Below, in pieces: positions 57,682 to 64,000 of a stretch of DNA of 64,000 nucleotides. The stretch's first letter is position 1, and every line of letters begins with the position of its first letter. The stretch spans positions 3,668-67,667 of the forward strand of contig SUTL01000001.1 in the NCBI GenBank assembly GCA_015062925.1. The letters run 5' to 3'. A program made the translations under genes and the position numbers. This DNA is from Methanobrevibacter thaueri (GTDB taxonomy: Archaea; Methanobacteriota; Methanobacteria; Methanobacteriales; Methanobacteriaceae). The notes beneath the pieces are model-generated. The model did no database searches and was not told the origin of the DNA. It saw only the letters and a list, made by a program, of their open reading frames with translations.

Positions 57682-58374
57682 TTAATCATAGAATTTTCCT
57701 AAAAACTCTTTCATCCTCGGATTATCAGATGAAAAGACTTCTTCAGGAGTGCCTTGCTCTACAATAACACCATCATCCATGAAAATAATGTTATCTGCAA
57801 CATTACGGGCAAAGGCCATTTCATGTGTAACAATGACCATTGTCATTTTTTCAGCAGCTAAATCTTTTATAACTGTTAATATTTCACCAGTTAATTCAGG
57901 ATCCAATGCTGATGTAGGTTCATCAAAGAATAGAATATCCGGATTCATTGCAAGTGCTCTTGCAATAGATACACGTTGTTGCTGACCCCCTGATAATTCA
58001 CAGGGATAAGCATCTTCTTTATCTTCCAAACCCATTTTTTTAAGTAAATCTCTTGCATGAGCAAAAACATCTTCTTTATCTCTTTTCTGCACTTTTAATG
58101 GTGCATGAGTAATGTTTTTTATTACAGAATGGTGTGGGAATAAGTTGAAATTTTGGAATACTAAACCGAAAGTTCCTTCAAAATTAATTTCTCCACTATC
58201 TTCAGTTTCAAGATCAGTTATGCATCTAAGTAATGTTGATTTACCGGAACCTGATGGACCTATTATTGCTAAAACTTCTCCTTTCTCAACATTTAGAGAA
58301 ATATCTTTTAGAACAACATTATCATCAAAGCTTTTTTTAATATTTTTTATTTCAAGTAAACTCATAATAATCAC
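57682..58374 (-). CDS. Polar amino acid ABC transporter ATP-binding protein
   Basis: [28 protein letters not shown]. Confidence 0.95.
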   Translation of the reverse strand: MIIMSLLEIKNIKKSFDDNVVLKDISLNVEKGEVLAIIGPSGSGKSTLLRCITDLETEDSGEINFEGTFGLVFQNFNLFPHHSVIKNITHAPLKVQKRDKEDVFAHARDLLKKMGLEDKEDAYPCELSGGQQQRVSIARALAMNPDILFFDEPTSALDPELTGEILTVIKDLAAEKMTMVIVTHEMAFARNVADNIIFMDDGVIVEQGTPEEVFSSDNPRMKEFLGKFYD

Positions 58375-59025
58375 CTATTCATAATAATCCATTCTTTTTT
58401 CAAGGTATTCCATTACAAATGCAACCAGTACATTGAATACATAATAGAATATACCTGCTACTAATAATGCTGCAATTGATGCGTCTGCTGCTGCAATTTG
58501 TTTAGCAACTGTGAACATTTCAGGTATTGCAATTACGAATGATAGTGAAGTATCTTTTACAAGAGTTATAACTTCGTTAGTGACTGAGGGAAGAATTACT
58601 TTAAACACTTGAGGCATTATGATTATGAAAAATGTTTCTATTCTTGAATAACCAAGTACCTGTGCAGCTTCATATTGTCCGCTGTTAATTGATTCAATTC
58701 CACCTCTATAAATTTCAGCAAAATATGCTGCGTAATTAATAGTGAATGCAATAATTACTGATAAAAACCTGTAATCTGAAGAAAGATTTAAACCAAACAC
58801 ATAATATGGTGCGAAAAATACAACAATTAACTGTAACATTAATGGTGTACCTCTCATTATTGAAATATATATTTTCATTAACCATCTAAGTGGTCCGAAT
58901 TTACTCATTCTTCCTCCGGCAACTAATAAACCAAGAGGAAGAGAGAATAAAAGGGTGAGTAGGAATATTTCAATAGAAGTAACCATACCACCTAGTAATT
59001 GTGAAATTACATTATTTAAAATCAT
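58375..59025 (-). CDS. Polar amino acid ABC transporter permease
   Basis: RGTPL, AYFAEIYRGG, GQYEAA, KDTSL. Confidence 0.95.
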   Translation of the reverse strand: MILNNVISQLLGGMVTSIEIFLLTLLFSLPLGLLVAGGRMSKFGPLRWLMKIYISIMRGTPLMLQLIVVFFAPYYVFGLNLSSDYRFLSVIIAFTINYAAYFAEIYRGGIESINSGQYEAAQVLGYSRIETFFIIIMPQVFKVILPSVTNEVITLVKDTSLSFVIAIPEMFTVAKQIAAADASIAALLVAGIFYYVFNVLVAFVMEYLEKRMDYYE

Positions 59026-59061
59026 ATATTTAATTCTCTCCTCTCAAATAGTATATTTTTT

Positions 59062-59895
59062 TTAAGGTTGGATTAAAGCATCTTTGGAAATACCATATTC
59101 TTTAGCTATTTTTGCAACAGTACCGTCTTCAAACATTTCATCTAATGTTTTTTGTACTTGGTCTTTTAAAGCGTCATTTCCTTTTTTAAATCCAATACCG
59201 TATTTTTCAGTTGTGATGTATTCATCTAAGATTGAGAAATCATCTGAATTGTTTTTGTTTTTAATGTCGTATTCTGCAACACCAATATCCATAGCTACAG
59301 CATCACATGCACCTGATTCTAAGTCCATGAATGCAGTGTTATAATCAGCTACTTGGGTTAAACTTCCAAATGTTTCTGAGATTGTACTATTGTCTCCTTC
59401 AAGAGCTGCTAATGCAGAGGAATCTTTTTGTGTTTCCACATTTTTCCCAGATAAATCAGCTATAGTGGAGATTCCGGAATCTGCTTTTACAACAAATATT
59501 TGTTTGTTGTCAAAGTATGGATTTGACCATAAGTAGTCGTTTTCTCTTCCGTCAATAGTGAATCCGTTCCAGATACAGTCAATAGAACCTGATTCTAATT
59601 CAGCATCTTTAGCATCCCAATCAATTGGTTGAGCTTGGAATGTCCAATTGTTTCTTTCACAAACTTCTTTTGCTAAGTCTAAGTCGAAACCAGTGTAGTT
59701 TCCACTGTCGTCCTTATATCCGTATGGTGGGAATTCAGCATCAAAACCAACGACAAAAGTATTTTCATCATTAGCAATTGAATTATTAGATGAATTATTT
59801 CCCCCTAAAAAATCAAATAAACCAGCGCTTGCAGTACCCATAACTAAGAAAGCTACTAATACTAAAGCCAATAAAATACCTATCTTTTTTTTCAT
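59062..59895 (-). CDS. Polar amino acid ABC transporter substrate-binding protein
   Basis: Signal peptide; FPPYGY, GFDLDLA, DWD, YGIGF. Confidence 0.93.
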   Translation of the reverse strand: MKKKIGILLALVLVAFLVMGTASAGLFDFLGGNNSSNNSIANDENTFVVGFDAEFPPYGYKDDSGNYTGFDLDLAKEVCERNNWTFQAQPIDWDAKDAELESGSIDCIWNGFTIDGRENDYLWSNPYFDNKQIFVVKADSGISTIADLSGKNVETQKDSSALAALEGDNSTISETFGSLTQVADYNTAFMDLESGACDAVAMDIGVAEYDIKNKNNSDDFSILDEYITTEKYGIGFKKGNDALKDQVQKTLDEMFEDGTVAKIAKEYGISKDALIQP

Positions 59896-59909
59896 TTTAA
59901 AACACCAAA

Positions 59910-59945
59910 ATAGTTATAACTATAGTAGAATATTTTTTTCTACTA
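59910..59945. promoter_or_regulatory. Tandem palindromes in the ABC operon leader
   Basis: atagttataactat (59910-59923) and tagtagaa-N7-ttctacta (59923-59945). Confidence 0.35.
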
Positions 59946-60020
59946 ATAGTAATTTTTATCATTAACCATATTTATGTATTTATAATTTTAAATTATAAAG
60001 AAAAAAACTTCTTATTGGCC

Positions 60021-62213
60021 TTATTTTTTAATATTATCAACAATCCTTTTAGATGCATCCCCGTCTTCAATTCCACAGAATCTTTCATAGAAAATATCAT
60101 ATTTCTCTTTATATTCTGCTTTAACATCTTCAATATTTATAATTGCATCTATTATTTCATCAGTTGTTTTTAATAATGGTCCTGGTACTTCTGAATGAAT
60201 ATCTATGTAAAATCCTCTTAGTACATTCTCATATTTATCAAGATCATATGTGTAGTATAATATTGGTCTTTTAAGGTTTGCAAAGTCAAAGAATACACTT
60301 GAGTAATCTGTGATTAAAATATCGCTGATCAGATATAATTCTGCAATATCATCATATTTACTCACATCAAATGCAAATCCTTTATATTTGGATAAATCCA
60401 GGTTGTCTGAGATGAAATAATGTGTTCTGACTAATAATATATATTCATCACCTAATGCTTTTTGAAGTTTATCTAATTCCAGTTTTAATTCAAAATGCAT
60501 TTTAGCTGCATCATAATATTCATCATCTCTCCATGTTGGAGCATATAATATGATTTTTTTATCTTCAGGTAGGTTTAGGTCTTTTTTAATTTGTTTAATA
60601 TCATTTTCATCTGCATTATATAAGATATCGTTACGTGGATATCCTGTTTCTAAGATTTTACCTTCATATCCGAATGCGCTTCTTAGAATGTCTGTTGTGT
60701 ATTTGTTTGGTGATATTAAATAATCCCATTCTTTTGCTACTTTAATATATGATTTTTTAATATTAGGATCTCTTGTGTGAACATTACCTATGTCTAATCC
60801 TAGTTTTTTAAGTGGGGTCCCATGCCAGGTTGATACTATTCTTTGTGAGTCTTTTTTAGCTAGTCTTGATGCTTGACGTCCGTTTATAACCCAATATTTT
60901 GATTTTGCTAATTCTTTATAGAATTTTAATGTGAATCTTTTTACTTTTTTAGGATTTCCAGGTATTTCAATGTTTTTATCATTAACAACCCATACATAAT
61001 CGTATTCATCACCATAAGTATTATATAAATATTCATATAAATATTTAGGACTGTCTGAGTAAAATTTACCTAGGAAACTTTCGAATATTATTTGTTTTTT
61101 ATTAACAGGTTTTCTATTATAATATCTGAAGTAAATGAATGTTTTAAATCTCCATCTGCTTCTGAATACACGTATGGTTTTTTTGAAATTAACTCTTAAT
61201 TTAATGAATCTTGATAATTTATTTATATTGTCTTCCTGGAATGCTTGTATTTCTCTTTTCTGGAAGAAGGATTTATCTTTCATGTTGAATTCATATGATA
61301 TTTGTTTCATTATCGGATAAACTACTTCTTTCCAGTTAGGATCATCACTGCTTAAAAAGTTAGGTCCGAATACTTTATTATAATAGTCGAAAAAGGTATC
61401 TGCCATTTCATCTTTAAGATGAATATATTTTTCTTCAGGGTTTTCATCATTTAATTTATTAACAACATCTAAGACTTCTTTATAAGCTTGTGCGTAGCTT
61501 AAAAATGAATCATCAAATTCTTCCTGGTTTAGTGAAGTTAAGTTGATTGGATCATCCCGGTTTCTTTTAGCATAAATTGCATTGGTAATTCCTTTGAATG
61601 TGTTTAATTTTGGTATGATTGATGTGAGAAATGTGTAATCTGAGAAGTATCTGTTATTTTCATCGAAAAGAACATCCCCTATTTTTTCTTTTTTAATTAA
61701 GGAGTGGAGTACTGTTAGAACTTCTTTTTTATTGGTTTTTCTTCCAACAAGTAGTCTCATTGAAAATTTTATGTCTGATAATTTTTTTTGTTCTAATGGT
61801 TCTTTATTTCTTTTAAGGAATATTTCTTCAAATCTTTCTTTAATGAATGCTGTTCCGTATCTTTCTCCATTTATAAAATCAGCGTCTGTTTTTTTAGCTG
61901 TGTTAACTAGTTTTGCTAATGCGTCTTTGTAGAGATAATCATCTGCATCTATAAAGTAAACATATTTTCCATTAGCTATTTTTAAACCTTCGTTTCTTGC
62001 TTTTCCAACCCCGATCCTTTCTTCGAAGGTTTTAGTTATTATGTTTAAATTGTTTTTGTATTGGTTAAGTAAATCATCGATGTTTTCATGATTTCCATTT
62101 AAAATTAAAATTACTTCTGCATCATTTAGTTTCTGTTCAGCCAGACTATCTAAACAGTCTTTTAAATATCTTTCTACTGTGTCAAATGGAATAATAATAC
62201 TGATAAATGTCAT
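60021..62213 (-). CDS. GT2 fused to CDP-glycerol:glycerophosphate transferase (TagF/TarF family)
   Basis: N-terminal ARN..FIDADD; C-terminal FES, TWHGTPLK, GYPRND, YAPTWRD, ITDYSSVFFD. Confidence 0.93.
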   Translation of the reverse strand: MTFISIIIPFDTVERYLKDCLDSLAEQKLNDAEVILILNGNHENIDDLLNQYKNNLNIITKTFEERIGVGKARNEGLKIANGKYVYFIDADDYLYKDALAKLVNTAKKTDADFINGERYGTAFIKERFEEIFLKRNKEPLEQKKLSDIKFSMRLLVGRKTNKKEVLTVLHSLIKKEKIGDVLFDENNRYFSDYTFLTSIIPKLNTFKGITNAIYAKRNRDDPINLTSLNQEEFDDSFLSYAQAYKEVLDVVNKLNDENPEEKYIHLKDEMADTFFDYYNKVFGPNFLSSDDPNWKEVVYPIMKQISYEFNMKDKSFFQKREIQAFQEDNINKLSRFIKLRVNFKKTIRVFRSRWRFKTFIYFRYYNRKPVNKKQIIFESFLGKFYSDSPKYLYEYLYNTYGDEYDYVWVVNDKNIEIPGNPKKVKRFTLKFYKELAKSKYWVINGRQASRLAKKDSQRIVSTWHGTPLKKLGLDIGNVHTRDPNIKKSYIKVAKEWDYLISPNKYTTDILRSAFGYEGKILETGYPRNDILYNADENDIKQIKKDLNLPEDKKIILYAPTWRDDEYYDAAKMHFELKLELDKLQKALGDEYILLVRTHYFISDNLDLSKYKGFAFDVSKYDDIAELYLISDILITDYSSVFFDFANLKRPILYYTYDLDKYENVLRGFYIDIHSEVPGPLLKTTDEIIDAIINIEDVKAEYKEKYDIFYERFCGIEDGDASKRIVDNIKK

Positions 62214-62228
62214 TTTTTAAACCCTTTT

Positions 62229-63194
62229 TTATATATAATTTTCATTAGCTTTTTTAAGCATGTTTATACCTTCTTCAAGCATTTCCATTACATTTTCTCT
62301 TTTTTTAAATTTATTTAATCTTCCATGGTCTCTGATTTTTCTTGGAATTTGCATGTAATTTTTACCATAAATATCTATAAGATATTTTCTTGGATTTTCA
62401 GGTGCAGGCAATTCATATTTGCCGAATTTAAGTCTTTTTAATGGGAATAAATCTTCGGTTTTAAATTGGATAGTACGGTATAATGTGAACTGACGGATAT
62501 TTCCCCGTAAATTATCAACTCCGGAAATGATATTATCCTGTTTTTCTAAAGAAAGATTAAAATCTTGATAGAATTTATCTAAATATTCTTCTAATGTGAA
62601 TTCAGTTGGATTATGATAATATTCAGTTAAAGCATTGTTGAATTCTGCGGATAAATCATTGTCTTGTTTTTTAATATAATCATATGGGAAGAAATCCACA
62701 CCAATAAATTTTGTTTTAATGCCCGGATGTTTATATGATACTTGAAACCATCTTTTAGATATATTATTATGTTTATCGATTTTAAAATCTGCAATGAGAT
62801 TGGTGAGATTATTTTCTTTTATTTCCACTGGTAAAACTTCAACCAGTTTATTATAATCTTTTCTCATCATCCCAACATCTAAATCATCATCCCATGGGAC
62901 AAAATCATTATGCCTTACAGCTCCAAGTAATGTTCCATAGTCCATCCAAAATTCAATATCATATTTAACACATACATTATCTACGAATTTCATTAATTCA
63001 TATGATAATTCACGCATTCCTTCTAAAAATGGTGTAGGTTCAAGTTCATAAAATATGAATAAATTATTTAAATATTGTTGATGAGTTTCAGTTAATTTTT
63101 TTAATTTTTCAAATTCTTTTCGAGTTACAAACTCATCCTTATTAAAATCAATACTGTTATTAGTACCATTATTCTTTTTAAACTTATCCAGCAT
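62229..63194 (-). CDS. LicD family phosphotransferase
   Basis: GTLLGAVRH..PWDDDLDV.M.R.DY, DFFP.D, YL..IYG. Confidence 0.92.
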   Translation of the reverse strand: MLDKFKKNNGTNNSIDFNKDEFVTRKEFEKLKKLTETHQQYLNNLFIFYELEPTPFLEGMRELSYELMKFVDNVCVKYDIEFWMDYGTLLGAVRHNDFVPWDDDLDVGMMRKDYNKLVEVLPVEIKENNLTNLIADFKIDKHNNISKRWFQVSYKHPGIKTKFIGVDFFPYDYIKKQDNDLSAEFNNALTEYYHNPTEFTLEEYLDKFYQDFNLSLEKQDNIISGVDNLRGNIRQFTLYRTIQFKTEDLFPLKRLKFGKYELPAPENPRKYLIDIYGKNYMQIPRKIRDHGRLNKFKKRENVMEMLEEGINMLKKANENYI

Positions 63195-63261
63195 TTATAA
63201 CACCTAATGTATTAATATATGTCATTAAGGTTATATAAAAGTTTAGTAGAAATGGATTTTT

Positions 63262-64000
63262 TTACTTGAAATTGGAATTTGCTTTTAACAATTCATCATT
63301 GGATTCATTTAACTTTGAAATGATATTGGGTTGTTTTTTATACCTGTTTAATCTGTTATGGTCTTTAATTGTTTTACCAATTTCCATGTATTTTTTACCA
63401 TAAATCTCTTTAAGGTAATTATCATAGTTTGATGGTGCTAGAAATTCATATTTTCCGAATTTAATTCTTTTCAATGGCAATAAATCTTCGGTTTTTAGAA
63501 TTTTAAATATGGATCCTGTTTGGAAACGTCCTCCATCAACACCTGCGATGAAATAATCTGTTTTTGTTAAACTTAGATTTAAATGGCTGCAGGTTTGATT
63601 TATAGCATCTTGTAGGCTAACATCATCTTTCCATACTTCAAAGAAATCAGGTCGTAGTTTATGGAATCTTTCAATATAATCATCATCAAATTCTGTTATG
63701 AAATCATATGGGAAAACATCTATTCCTACGAATTTACCATTGAATTCAGGTCGTTTGGAGTTAATTTGAAACCATCTTTTAGAACCATTATCCCAGTTGG
63801 ATATTTTAAATTGGGTTTTAACATATTTTAAACCGCTTTTTTCAAGTTCTTCAGGGAATACTTCAAGGAATTTATAATAATCCTCTCTCATCATTCCAAC
63901 ATCCAAATCATCATCCCATGGAATAAAACCTTCATGTCTAACAGCACCTAATAATGTTCCGAAATCCAACCAGTATTCAAGATTATATTTCTCACAGACA
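63262..64000 (-). CDS. LicD family phosphotransferase (5' end outside the window)
   Basis: GTLLGAVRHEGFIPWDDDLD; frame stays open to the window edge (VCEKYNLEYWLDF), matching the paralog's VCVKYDIEFWMDY. Confidence 0.9.
   Translation of the reverse strand, partial: VCEKYNLEYWLDFGTLLGAVRHEGFIPWDDDLDVGMMREDYYKFLEVFPEELEKSGLKYVKTQFKISNWDNGSKRWFQINSKRPEFNGKFVGIDVFPYDFITEFDDDYIERFHKLRPDFFEVWKDDVSLQDAINQTCSHLNLSLTKTDYFIAGVDGGRFQTGSIFKILKTEDLLPLKRIKFGKYEFLAPSNYDNYLKEIYGKKYMEIGKTIKDHNRLNRYKKQPNIISKLNESNDELLKANSNFK

Noticed and set aside
63262-63969. Truncated licD pseudogene
   Set aside because: The frame is open to the window edge and matches the paralog upstream of the track's TTG start
1-64000. 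rRNA, tRNA, CRISPR array, transposase or integrase
   Set aside because: No GC-rich structural RNA tract, no regularly spaced direct repeats and no ORF with transposase or recombinase motifs were seen

Overview
This is a very AT-rich, gene-dense chromosomal segment of a Methanobacteriales archaeon, most likely a gut or rumen Methanobrevibacter. The assignment rests on archaeal cca, aroA'/aroB', pantoate kinase, npdG, fprA, GGTGA/GGAGG ribosome-binding sites and adhesin-like proteins. About 65 CDS are present. They include three adhesin-like surface proteins (one of 3439 aa, one with a transglutaminase triad) and a run of bacterial-type genes (family-1 ung, NimA-like, telA with an XpaC-like partner, DTD1-type dtd, sstT). 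They also include a GGGtGRT/NifU-like pair, four SseB-like paralogs around msrAB, redox/O2-stress genes, an amino-acid ABC transporter and a Lic/Tar/Tag-like surface glycopolymer region. I saw no rRNA, tRNA, CRISPR array or transposase. Signals the annotation does not explain: (1) repeated, sharp G+T-rich to A+C-rich strand-skew switches that ignore gene orientation and fall inside genes; (2) a two-hairpin, potentially switchable RNA upstream of the SseB cluster; (3) TTTAGG-N4-CCTAAA boxes, one directly before an unannotated 40-aa ORF. All family calls come from motif recognition by eye, not from database searches.
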